Origin: an uncultured Chloroflexia bacterium
GTDB taxonomy: Bacteria > Chloroflexota > Limnocylindria > Limnocylindrales > CSP1-4
DNA: 64,000 bases
Direction of reading: 5' to 3'
NCBI GenBank assembly: GCA_963833225.1
Contig: CAWHXD010000019.1
Span: 640,001 to 704,000 of the forward strand
The translations under genes were made by a program, and so were the position numbers. The notes beneath the pieces were generated by a model. The model did not search any database, was not told the DNA's origin, and saw only the letters and a list, made by a program, of their open reading frames with translations. How positions within the stretch are numbered: the first letter of the stretch is position 1; every line of letters starts with the position of its first letter. Shown piece after piece: positions 50,821 through 60,111 of this stretch.

Positions 50821-52020
50821 GTGCAGCGAGTCGTCGTCCTGGGCGGCGGCGTTGGCGGCACCCTCTCCGCCAACCTCATCGCCCGCAAGCTCAAGCGCCA
50901 GATCGCAGCCGGCGCCGCGTCCGTGACCGTGGTCGATGTGACCGGGGTGCACGCCTACCAGCCCGGGTACATGTACATCGCCATGGGCCAGGAGCGCGCC
51001 AGCAGGCTCGTCCGGCCCGAGAAGAAGCTCCTGGACAAGAACGTCGAGCTGGTGGTCGACAAGATCACGCGCATCGACACGGCGACCCAGACGGTGTCGC
51101 TCGGTTCGGGCGCGGAGCTCGGCTACGAGCAGCTCGTCATCGCGACGGGATCCCGGATCGTGCCCGAGGACCTGCCGAACTTCGACTCGCAGGCCCATCA
51201 CTTCTACAGCGCCGAGGCGGCCTCCCGTCTGCGGACGGCGCTCGACGCGTTCGACGGTGGCAAGATCGTGATCGGGATCGCCGGCATCCCCTACAAGTGC
51301 CCGCCGGCGCCGCTCGAGGTCGCGTTCCTGATCGAGTCCGAGCTGCGCGAACGCGGTCTGCGTGACAAGACCGAGATCACGTTCCTGTCGCCCATCAACC
51401 GCGCGTTCACCATCGAGAGCGTGTCCGAGATGGTCACCCCGATCTTCGAGGAGAAGGGGATCAGGCTGGAGCTGCTCGCGGGCGTGGGCGAGATCGACGC
51501 CGAGCGCAAGGTCGTGGTCACCGATGCCTTCGAGGAGCACCCGTACAACCTGCTGATCTGCGTGCCGCCCCACAAGGGCGCCCAGGCGCTGATCGACTCG
51601 GGGCTCACGCCCAAGTCGGGATGGCTGCCCACTGACCGCCAGACCCTCCAGGTCAAGACGGTCGCCAAGCCCGCGCCCGGCCAGGCCGACGAGGACATCC
51701 CGCGCTTCCCCAACATCTACGCCCTGGGTGACACCACGGACCTGCCGCTGTCCAAGGCCGGGTCCACGGCCCATTTCGAGGCGCCGATCATCGCCGAGCG
51801 GATCGCGGCCGCCGTCGAGGGCCGCGAGCCCGAGGGCAAGGACGCGGCCTACACCGGCAAGGTCATGTGCTTCTTCGAGGTCGGTGACGGGAAGGGCACC
51901 CTGCTCCAGTTCGACTACGACCATCCCCCCAAGCCGCCCAAGCCCGGCAGGCTGTGGCACCTGGGCAAGGTGATCTTCAACAAGACGTACTGGCACACCG
52001 TGCCCAAGGGCCGCGTCTAG
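50821..52020 (+). CDS. sqr: Sulfide:quinone oxidoreductase-like flavoprotein (type III-like)
   Basis: GGGVGG, YQPG, YKCPPAPLE, ALGD, SKAGSTAH, KVMCF. Confidence 0.85.
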   Translation: MQRVVVLGGGVGGTLSANLIARKLKRQIAAGAASVTVVDVTGVHAYQPGYMYIAMGQERASRLVRPEKKLLDKNVELVVDKITRIDTATQTVSLGSGAELGYEQLVIATGSRIVPEDLPNFDSQAHHFYSAEAASRLRTALDAFDGGKIVIGIAGIPYKCPPAPLEVAFLIESELRERGLRDKTEITFLSPINRAFTIESVSEMVTPIFEEKGIRLELLAGVGEIDAERKVVVTDAFEEHPYNLLICVPPHKGAQALIDSGLTPKSGWLPTDRQTLQVKTVAKPAPGQADEDIPRFPNIYALGDTTDLPLSKAGSTAHFEAPIIAERIAAAVEGREPEGKDAAYTGKVMCFFEVGDGKGTLLQFDYDHPPKPPKPGRLWHLGKVIFNKTYWHTVPKGRV

Positions 52021-52122
52021 CGCGTCCGTCTCGGCCGGGCGTCGAGTCTCAGGGAGGCAAGTTTCATCCCGCTACAATCCGGGCGTGAACCACTCCTGCT
52101 CCCACCAACCCGTGGCCGCCCC

Positions 52123-53466
52123 GTGAGCGGCCACGTCTTCCGCCGGTCCTCCGTGCCCGAGCCGCCGGTTGCGACCAGCGCACGTGGCTCCACGATCACC
52201 GACACCGAGGGGCGCGAGTATCTCGATGCCGCCGGCGGTGCGGTGGTGGTCAACGTCGGCCACGGACGGCGCGAGATCGCCGATGCCATCGCGGACCAGT
52301 CGGCCCGCCTCTCGTACGCGCATGGCTCCGCGTTCACCACGGAGGCCCTGGAGCGGTATGCGGGCGAGGTGGGGGAGCGGCTCCCGGTCGACGAGCCGTA
52401 CCTGTACCCCGTCTCGGGCGGGTCGGAGGCGATCGAGACCGCGCTCAAGCTGGCGCGCGCGGCGCAGCTCGCGCGTGGCGAGCCGGGCCGGAGCGTGGTG
52501 TTCGCCCGCTGGGGCTCCTACCACGGGAACACCCTTGGAGCCCTCGACCTCTCGGGACGCAAGTCCCTGCGCCGCCCGTACGAGCCATGGCTGGGCCGGT
52601 TCCGGCACGTCTCCGCCGCGTACCCGTACCGGGCCGCGGACCCGGGGGCGCTGGCGCTCGGGTCCGCGGAGGCACTGGCCTCCGAGCTGGAGGCGGCGAT
52701 CCGGGAGGCCGGCCCGTCCACGGTCGCGGCATTCGTCGCCGAGCCCATCGTGGGCGCGACGCTGGGTGCCGTGGAACCGCCGGAGGGCTACTGGCCGGCC
52801 ATCGCGGACGTCTGCCGGCGCCACGGCGTCCTGCTCATCGCGGATGAGGTCATGACCGGGTTCGGGCGGACCGGGGCCTGGTTCGGCATGGATCACTTCG
52901 GTGTGCGGCCGGACATGGTCGTCGCCGCGAAGGGCGCGACCTCGGGCTACTGGCCGTTCGGGTTCGTGGCGGCCTCCGGCGAGGTGCGCGACCAGGTGGT
53001 GAACGGCGGTGGGTTCGTCCACGGGTTCACCTACTCGCATCAGCCGGTGGCGGCGACCGTGGCCCGCGAGGTGCTGCGGATCCTCGAGACGGAGTCGCTC
53101 GTCGAGGCCTCCCGCGTCAAGGGCCAGCGGCTCAAGGCCCTGCTCGGAGCCCGGCTCGGGAGTCATCCGGCCATGGGCGACATCCGCGGTCGCGGGCTGA
53201 TGGTCGGCGTGGAGCTGGTGCGCGATCGGGCCACGAAGGCGCCCTACCCCCGGTCCGCGAAGCTCGTGGAGCGAGTGGTCCGGATCGCCCGCGAGCGCGG
53301 CTTGCTGCTCTACTCGGGGACCGGCAACGCGAATGGGGTCGACGGCGACATCGTCCTGCTGGGCCCGCCGTTCGTGGTCACCGAGACCGAGCTTGGCCGG
53401 ATCGCCGATGGGCTGGGCGAAGCGCTCGATGCCGCGCTGATGGAGCTGGCCGCGCTCGGAGCCTGA
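52123..53466 (+). CDS. Class III PLP aminotransferase
   Basis: SGGSEA, SYHGNT, EPIVGA, DEVMTGFGRTG, AKG, HGFTY. Confidence 0.9.
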   Translation: MSGHVFRRSSVPEPPVATSARGSTITDTEGREYLDAAGGAVVVNVGHGRREIADAIADQSARLSYAHGSAFTTEALERYAGEVGERLPVDEPYLYPVSGGSEAIETALKLARAAQLARGEPGRSVVFARWGSYHGNTLGALDLSGRKSLRRPYEPWLGRFRHVSAAYPYRAADPGALALGSAEALASELEAAIREAGPSTVAAFVAEPIVGATLGAVEPPEGYWPAIADVCRRHGVLLIADEVMTGFGRTGAWFGMDHFGVRPDMVVAAKGATSGYWPFGFVAASGEVRDQVVNGGGFVHGFTYSHQPVAATVAREVLRILETESLVEASRVKGQRLKALLGARLGSHPAMGDIRGRGLMVGVELVRDRATKAPYPRSAKLVERVVRIARERGLLLYSGTGNANGVDGDIVLLGPPFVVTETELGRIADGLGEALDAALMELAALGA

Positions 53467-53509
53467 GCGCGTCTCGTCGCGGGCGACGCCCGCCGCTCGC
53501 TCGTGCGGA

Positions 53510-54070
53510 CTACCGGCGCGCGGATCCCGCCCGGACGAGCAGCAGCCCACCGAGCACCACGAGGAGGATCGGCCAGACCAGGTCGTTGAAGCCGGGGACC
53601 GCGTACGACGAGCCGCCGATGAGGGCGAGCAGCGCTCCCAGGCCAACCTGCCAGCCGATCCCGCCGCCACTGGCCGCCCGCACCAGCGCGATGAACAGGA
53701 ACGCAACGCCCAGGCACAGCGTTCCGAGCCCCGACTCGTCGGGGACACCGGACGCGATCAACAGGTCCGGCGCGGCGAGGGCGGTGATGATCGAGCCCAG
53801 GTACAGCGATCCCATGCCCCGGTTCACGAGCCACGAGACGAGGAACGCGACCCCCACCGCCAGGAACAGCAGCGAGCCGGCCGTCTCGAGCGCCGGGAAC
53901 GCCAGCCGGAGCAGCAGGAGCGCCCCGAACACGACGAGGAAGATCCCGAACCACGGCAGCCGTCCTCGGCCGGCCGGCCCGCCGAGATCGGTCCATTCCC
54001 ACGCGTACGCCCGACCCCCACCCCCGGAGATCACGTTGCCGCTCAATGGCTGGTCGCGCCGGTCGGTCAT
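53510..54070 (-). CDS. Membrane protein (LiaF/DUF5668-like helices)
   Basis: About 6 TM helices, WPILLVVLG; AGGAGG SD before ATG 54070. Confidence 0.7.
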   Translation of the reverse strand: MTDRRDQPLSGNVISGGGGRAYAWEWTDLGGPAGRGRLPWFGIFLVVFGALLLLRLAFPALETAGSLLFLAVGVAFLVSWLVNRGMGSLYLGSIITALAAPDLLIASGVPDESGLGTLCLGVAFLFIALVRAASGGGIGWQVGLGALLALIGGSSYAVPGFNDLVWPILLVVLGGLLLVRAGSARR

Positions 54071-54162
54071 CAGGTCCTCCTGTCGTCGCTCTGCAGGGTA
54101 CCGTCTCAGCTCGCGGATGGAGGCTGCATCGGCCACCCACGCGGGACTAGGATTCGGTCGAG

Positions 54163-55101
54163 ATGCCGCACGTCATGACCGTCCAGGGCCCGGTCGACCC
54201 TTCGACCCTGGGGTTCATCCTTCCCCACGAACACACCCAGTGCACCCTGTGGCACATCCCGAACCGCTGGGACTACTGGGAGCTCACGCCGGACGAGCCG
54301 ATCATCCTCGAGGAGCTCGCCGCGCTCAAGGCGACGGGCGGCACACTGCTCGCAGACCTGACCCTGCCCGGGATCGGCCGGGATCCGCTGTGGCTGCGCC
54401 GGATCAGCGAGCGCAGCGGGATCCACGTCGTCATGGGCGGGGGCTGGTACCGCACCGCGTACTACCCGCCCGAGACGCTGATCGAGAAGCGCTCGGTCGA
54501 CTCGCTGGCCGAGGAGCTGGTCCACGATGCCACCGTCGGCGTGGGCGACACGGGGATCCGGATCGGCATCCTGGGTGAGATCGGGACCGACAAGCCGTGG
54601 GTCACGCCGTCCGAGGAGCGCGTGTTCCGGGCCGTGGCCCGCTGCGCCCGGCGGACGGGCCTCGCGATCTCCACCCACGCCATCCTGTCGGATGTCGGGG
54701 CCGCCCAGCTGACGATCCTCGAGGAGGAGGGCGTCGACCCCGGACGGGTCGTCATCGGCCACGCCGACAGCTATCCGATCCTGGATCACTACCTGTCGCT
54801 GATCTCACGGGGAGCGTCGATCGAGTTCGACATGCTGGGCATGTCGTTCTCGCCGCAGGAGGAGTACGGCGAGGGCCGGGTCATCGACCTCCTGCTGGAG
54901 CTGGTGGACCGCGGCCATGCCGACCGGATCCTGCTCAGCCACGACGTCTGCCACAACAGCCAGCTGCGGCATTACGAGGGCCACGGCTACACGTACCTGA
55001 CCTCGACATTCCTGCCGCGGCTGCGCGAGCGCGGGCTGGGCGAGGCCGAGATCGACCAGATCACGAGGGTGAACCCACGGCGCCTGCTCACGATCGGGTA
55101 G
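54163..55101 (+). CDS. Phosphotriesterase-related amidohydrolase
   Basis: HEH, GEIG, STH, IGH, LLSHD, NPRRLL. Confidence 0.92.
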   Translation: MPHVMTVQGPVDPSTLGFILPHEHTQCTLWHIPNRWDYWELTPDEPIILEELAALKATGGTLLADLTLPGIGRDPLWLRRISERSGIHVVMGGGWYRTAYYPPETLIEKRSVDSLAEELVHDATVGVGDTGIRIGILGEIGTDKPWVTPSEERVFRAVARCARRTGLAISTHAILSDVGAAQLTILEEEGVDPGRVVIGHADSYPILDHYLSLISRGASIEFDMLGMSFSPQEEYGEGRVIDLLLELVDRGHADRILLSHDVCHNSQLRHYEGHGYTYLTSTFLPRLRERGLGEAEIDQITRVNPRRLLTIG

Positions 55102-55132
55102 GCGGCCCTCCGGTCGAGCGTGATGGCGCGGG

Positions 55133-55537
55133 CTACGCGGGACTGGTCATCCGGGAACCGAGCACCACGAGAGCAAGCACGAGCACGGTGATCACTGCAA
55201 CCGGGATCAGCGCCCTGATCCACTCACGCGTACTGACCGCCGCCAGCTCGATCGGTGCCGGCGAGGCGACCGCCTCCAGCCACAAGGCTCCGCGATCCGC
55301 GTTCGACGGGTGACGGCGATACCACCAGACGCCCACGGCGAGGAGGCCGGCCATGACTGCGATCGAGCCGGACAGCCGGAACTCGCTCGGCAGCACCGTG
55401 AACAGCACCGAGAGACCGAGGTAATAGGCGAAGAAGACCGCGCCGTTGCGGATGGTCACTGAGAGAGGTTGTCGTGGCGCGCGGAAGAGAGTGGCAAGGA
55501 CGACGGCCGTCCCAAGTGCGACGAGGAAGAAGTCCAC
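55133..55537 (-). CDS. Hypothetical membrane protein
   Basis: 4 TM helices; strong AAGGAGG SD before GTG. Confidence 0.65.
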   Translation of the reverse strand: MDFFLVALGTAVVLATLFRAPRQPLSVTIRNGAVFFAYYLGLSVLFTVLPSEFRLSGSIAVMAGLLAVGVWWYRRHPSNADRGALWLEAVASPAPIELAAVSTREWIRALIPVAVITVLVLALVVLGSRMTSPA

Positions 55538-55861
55538 CGTTCCTCCTTGTTCCTGTCCGCTTGCGAGGCTGAATGACCTGGCCCGCGCGGCGCAACCTGC
55601 CGAAGGTCACCTTGGGATCCAGCACGTGCCGCAGCGACGGCTCCGGCAAGCGACCCGGTCGGCGCCGACAGCGGCCGTTGCCCTGCAGTCCACGATTTCG
55701 CCGCCGAGCCCAGTCCATTGGCTGACGGGGACCGAATCGTGGACCGCCAGCCCACGGAACCCGGGACGAAGGCTGGTCTGTGGCATGTCAGTCAGCGGAA
55801 TCGCCGCCACTGGCATCCCAGGGGTGGATTCGTGGCCCAGCACTCAACGGGCGGGTGGTCG

Positions 55862-55913
55862 CCAGCCCCGACGACCAGCCCCGACGACCAGCCCCGACGA
55901 CCAGCCCCGACGA
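55862..55913. repeat. 13-bp tandem repeat CCAGCCCCGACGA x4
   Basis: Direct reading, just downstream of the osmC stop. Confidence 0.9.
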
Positions 55914-55924
55914 CGACGCCGGAG

Positions 55925-56365
55925 CTAGACGAGGGACGCGTCCACCGATAGCTCGACGTTGCCCTTCAGCGCACCGGAGACCGGGCAGCCGTCCTTGGCC
56001 GCGTTGGCCAGCTCCACGAACTTCGTCTCGTCGATGCCCTCGACCGTTCCCCGCACCGTCAACTCGCTCTTGGCGATCTTCCAGCCCGCGTCCGTCTTGT
56101 CGAACGTGACCACCGCCTTGACGTCCAGCGCGGTGGCGGGCGTCGAGTTGCGCGCAAGCTGGGCCGAGAAGGCCATCGAGAAGCACGCCGCGTGGGCCGC
56201 GGCGATGAGCTCTTCGGGGCTGGTCTTGCCGTTGTGCTCCTCGGTCCGGGCAGCCCAGCTGACCGGCAGCCGCGAGAACGCCCCGGACGAGACGTAGTTG
56301 ATCGTGCCACTGCCGCTCTGCAGGTCACCGTTCCAGGTCACCTCCGCGGATCGCGAGACAGCCAT
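55925..56365 (-). CDS. osmC: OsmC-family peroxiredoxin
   Basis: SPEELIAAAHAACFSMA, AKDGCPVS. Confidence 0.95.
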   Translation of the reverse strand: MAVSRSAEVTWNGDLQSGSGTINYVSSGAFSRLPVSWAARTEEHNGKTSPEELIAAAHAACFSMAFSAQLARNSTPATALDVKAVVTFDKTDAGWKIAKSELTVRGTVEGIDETKFVELANAAKDGCPVSGALKGNVELSVDASLV

Positions 56366-56419
56366 CGAAACCTCCTTGGCGTCGAATTCGTGATGGGGTC
56401 TGAAGAGACTACCTGAAGC

Positions 56420-59400
56420 TCAGACCGTGCCGCCAACGCTCGGCTGTCGCCAGCTGCGGCTGCGGGCGCCGTCCACCAGCGAGTACACCACCGGGACCAC
56501 CAGCAGGGTCAGGAAGGTCGAGCTGAACAGGCCGCCGATGACGACCGTGCCGAGCTCCGCGGCGATGATCGAGCCCTGGTTGAATCCCGCGGCGAGCGGG
56601 ACCAGGGCCAGGATCGTCGCGATGGCCGTCATGAGGATCGGTCTCACCCGGGTCCGTCCGCCCTCGATCAGCGCCTCGGTCGTGGACATGCCCTGCGCGC
56701 GCAGCCGTTCGACGAGGTCGAGGAGCACGATGGCGTTGGTCACCACGATCCCGATCAGCATCAGGAAGCCGATCAGGGCGCTCACGCCAAGCGGCCGTCC
56801 GGTGAAGAACAGCGCCGGGAAGGCGCCGATCGTCGCGAGCGGCAGGCTGAACAGGATGATGAACGGGGTGACGAGCGAGTTGAAGGTGAGCACCATCGCC
56901 ACGTAGACCACCAGGACCGCCACGGCCATCGACACGAACAGCCCGCCGAACGCCTCGTTCATCTGCTCGGTGACGCCCGCGAGGCTGACGTCGACGCCTT
57001 CCGGGATCTTGCCGGCCGCCACGAGGGCGTCGATCTCGGCCTGGACGTCCGTGCTGACCTGGCCGGTGTTGTCGCTGGCGATCTCGGCCGAGATCGAGGC
57101 GGCGGGGGACTCGTCGATCCGGGTGATGGAGCCCTGGGTGTTGACCTGGTCCACGGTGGCCACGGAGTCGAGGCGGACCTTGGTCACGGCGCCGACCGGC
57201 AGCGATCGCAGGGCCTCCACGGATGCCAGCGCCTTGGGGTCGACCTGGACGAACACGTCGGTCCCATCGCCGCCGATCGTGATCCTGGTGGCGACGCTGC
57301 CCACGAGGGCGGCCCGGACCTCCTGCGCGACCTGCGCCCCCGTGAGGCCGACCATGATCGACTTGTTGGGATCGGGGACGACCTGGATCTCGGGCGTCGC
57401 CTTTGATAGGTCGGACTTGAGGTTGAGCAGCTCCGGGTTGTCCGACAGGGCCTCGACGACGACCTCGGTGGCCGCGGCGACCGCCTCGGCGTCGGCCCCG
57501 GAGACGATCACGTTGAGCCCGTTGGATGAGAACCCCGCCAGCTGGGCGACCGCGACGTCGAAGCCGCCGGTCTTGACCGGGGCCAGCGAGTCGGACAGCA
57601 CCTTGGCGTACTCGTTGAGATCGACGTCGGGCGCCAGCCGGACGGTGATCCGGGCGCTGTTGGCGGGCCGCCCGCTCTGGGCGGCGACGATGGTCTGGAA
57701 GCCCGCGTCCCCTTCGCCCGGGATCGAGGTCTGGACAAGGAGAACGTTGGGGTCCGCCGCGAGGATCTCCTCGGCCTGGCTGGTGCGCTCGAGGACCGCG
57801 TCCGAGCTGGTGCCGGGGGGCGGCGCGACGGTGACCGACAGCAGCTTCTCGGAGCCGGCGTTGATGAACGCCGTGGGCAGCAGCGGGGCGAGCGCACCTG
57901 TCGCGACGAACATGGCCAGCGACACCGCGACCACGCCGATCTTGGTCCAGCGGCTGCGGAGGGCGAAGGTGATCGTGGGGGTGTACGCACGGATCCAGAA
58001 CGAGTTCCGGGGCTCGCCGTCCTCGTCGACGTTGAGCTTGACCCGGTCGATGACCAGGTAGGCGAGGACCGGCACGACCGTCAGCGCGCAGACCAGCGAG
58101 GCCACCAGCGCGAAGGTCACCGTCAGGGCGAACGGCAGGAAGAACTGGGACACGAGGCCACCCACGAAGCCCAGCGGCAGGAACACGCCGACGGTGGTGA
58201 CCGTGGCCGCGGTGATCGCCCCGGCAACCTCCCTCGGTCCGCGGATCGCCGCCGTCAGGCGGTCCTCACCGAGCGCGCGGTGGCGGTAGATGTTCTCGAG
58301 CACCACGATCGCGTCGTCGACCACCCGGCCGACGGCGACCGCCAGTCCTCCCAGGGTCATGATGTTCAGGCTGACGCCGGTCAGCTGCATGACCACGAGG
58401 GCGGTGAGGATCGAGAGGGGGATGCTCACGGCGGCCACGACCGTGCTCCGGATGCTGAACAGGAACAGGAAGATGGTCAGGACCGCGAACAGGGCCCCGG
58501 TGCCGCCCTCCTGCAGCAGGCCGTCGCGGGACTCCTTGATGAAGCTCGACAGGTCCGAGACGACCGTGATGGACACCAGGCCGGCGTTCTGCTGATCGAG
58601 CTCCGCGAGCTTGGCGGTGACGTCCTCGGCGACCTGGACCGTGTTGGCGTTGGAGGTCTTGGAGACCGAGAGCGAGAGGGCCGGCTTGCCGTCGGTGCGG
58701 GCGTAGCCGGTGGTGGCGACACTGGCGAGCTCGACGGTTCCGAGGTCGCCGATGGTGATCGGTGTGGGCGCGGCCGGAGCCTCGGCGCCCGACGGCGGGG
58801 GCGGAGCCACGACTCCGACAACCAGGGACGCCACCTGCTCGACGCTGTCGATATGCCCGATCGTCGAGACCGGGATCTTGGAGCCCTCGGCGGTGATCTG
58901 CCCCGACGGGAAGGTCAGGTTGTTGGCCGCCAGCACGCCCGTGATCTGGCTGAGGCTGACACCGTTCTGGGCGAGCTTGTCCGGATCCAGCGTGATCAGC
59001 AGGCGCTGCTCCTCGCCGCCGGTGACGTCGACGCTGCCGACGCCCTCGAGGCCCAGCAGGGCCGGCTCGATCGTGTCCTTCGTGATCCGGGCGGCGTCGG
59101 CCAGCCCATCGTCCGTGGTCGCGGCGATCGACGCGATGATCACCGGCGAGGCGTTGATGTTGAGCGCGCTCACCTGCGGGTTGACGGTGCTCGGGAGGCC
59201 GGCGCTCTGGAGGTTCTGCTCGATCGACGCGCGGATCTCCTTGACGTCCGATCCGAACGAGAACTGCGCGACGACCAGGGCGAGCGAGTTGGCCGAGGTG
59301 GACTGGAGCGCCTCCAGCCGCGGCACCCCCGAGATCGCCCGCTCGATCGGCTTGGTCACCTGCTCCGCGACGTCCGCGGCACCGGCGCCCGGCAGCGGGG

Positions 59401-59548
59401 CGATCACGGTGATGACCGGGAACTCGATGTCCGGGAGCAGCTCCTGCTTGAGGTTGCCCCAGGCGAAGATGCCGGCGACGAACAGGGCGGCGGCCAACAG
59501 CAGCGTGACGCTCCGCTTGGCGACGGCGAACTCGGACAGGCGGCTCAT
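56420..59548 (-). CDS. RND (AcrB/AcrD/AcrF-family) transporter
   Basis: 1042 aa; GRVVDDAIVVLENI, GIVVTNAIVL, RVRPILMT. Confidence 0.95.
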   Translation of the reverse strand: MSRLSEFAVAKRSVTLLLAAALFVAGIFAWGNLKQELLPDIEFPVITVIAPLPGAGAADVAEQVTKPIERAISGVPRLEALQSTSANSLALVVAQFSFGSDVKEIRASIEQNLQSAGLPSTVNPQVSALNINASPVIIASIAATTDDGLADAARITKDTIEPALLGLEGVGSVDVTGGEEQRLLITLDPDKLAQNGVSLSQITGVLAANNLTFPSGQITAEGSKIPVSTIGHIDSVEQVASLVVGVVAPPPPSGAEAPAAPTPITIGDLGTVELASVATTGYARTDGKPALSLSVSKTSNANTVQVAEDVTAKLAELDQQNAGLVSITVVSDLSSFIKESRDGLLQEGGTGALFAVLTIFLFLFSIRSTVVAAVSIPLSILTALVVMQLTGVSLNIMTLGGLAVAVGRVVDDAIVVLENIYRHRALGEDRLTAAIRGPREVAGAITAATVTTVGVFLPLGFVGGLVSQFFLPFALTVTFALVASLVCALTVVPVLAYLVIDRVKLNVDEDGEPRNSFWIRAYTPTITFALRSRWTKIGVVAVSLAMFVATGALAPLLPTAFINAGSEKLLSVTVAPPPGTSSDAVLERTSQAEEILAADPNVLLVQTSIPGEGDAGFQTIVAAQSGRPANSARITVRLAPDVDLNEYAKVLSDSLAPVKTGGFDVAVAQLAGFSSNGLNVIVSGADAEAVAAATEVVVEALSDNPELLNLKSDLSKATPEIQVVPDPNKSIMVGLTGAQVAQEVRAALVGSVATRITIGGDGTDVFVQVDPKALASVEALRSLPVGAVTKVRLDSVATVDQVNTQGSITRIDESPAASISAEIASDNTGQVSTDVQAEIDALVAAGKIPEGVDVSLAGVTEQMNEAFGGLFVSMAVAVLVVYVAMVLTFNSLVTPFIILFSLPLATIGAFPALFFTGRPLGVSALIGFLMLIGIVVTNAIVLLDLVERLRAQGMSTTEALIEGGRTRVRPILMTAIATILALVPLAAGFNQGSIIAAELGTVVIGGLFSSTFLTLLVVPVVYSLVDGARSRSWRQPSVGGTV

Positions 59549-60009
59549 CCTGGATCCTTTCGAGTGGCCAGACGGGACGCCGCCCGCACCAGCGCCGCGA
59601 GCGCGTCGCGGAGGAGCGAGAGGTCGCCGTCGTCGAGGACGGCCAGGAGCTCGCGCATCTGGCGGGCGTTGAGCTCCCGGAAGTGGTCGATGAACTGGGC
59701 GCCGGCGGAGGTGAGCCCCACGACGACCTGGCGGCGGTCGGACGGGTCGTCGTGCCGGGTGGCGAGGCCATGGTCGACGAGACGGTCGACGAGGCCACTC
59801 ACCGTGGACAGCGAGACCCCGAGGCGGGCGACGATGCCCGACATGTGGAGATCGCCTTGGGCGCCCAGGAGGTAGAGGAGCTTGGCCTGGGGCATCGTGA
59901 CGTCGATCTCCAGGAACTCCGGGGCATGGCCGTCCGCGAGACGCTGCATGAGGGCCTCGTAGCCGGCGATGACCTCGTCGACGACGATGGCCCGATGCGT
60001 GTCAGCGAT
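59545..60009 (-). CDS. MarR-family regulator (start uncertain, possibly ATC 60009)
   Basis: TMPQAKLL, STVSGLVDRLV, DPSDRR...LTSAG. Confidence 0.88.
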   Translation of the reverse strand: MADTHRAIVVDEVIAGYEALMQRLADGHAPEFLEIDVTMPQAKLLYLLGAQGDLHMSGIVARLGVSLSTVSGLVDRLVDHGLATRHDDPSDRRQVVVGLTSAGAQFIDHFRELNARQMRELLAVLDDGDLSLLRDALAALVRAASRLATRKDPG

Positions 60010-60035
60010 GGTGTCGATCCCTTCGGTCGAGGCTG

Positions 60036-60073
60036 ATGCTTCGGTTGCACCAAACCATTCGGCCGACACGATA
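60036..60073 (-). promoter_or_regulatory. -10 TATCGT plus MarR-type inverted repeat ATGCTTCGGT-TGC-ACCAAACCAT
   Basis: Arms match 8/10 at 60036-60058, immediately downstream of the -10 (60068-60073 on the minus strand). Confidence 0.55.
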
Positions 60074-60111
60074 GATCGGATTGGAGATCCGTGCGTTGCG
60101 CCCGCGGGCGA

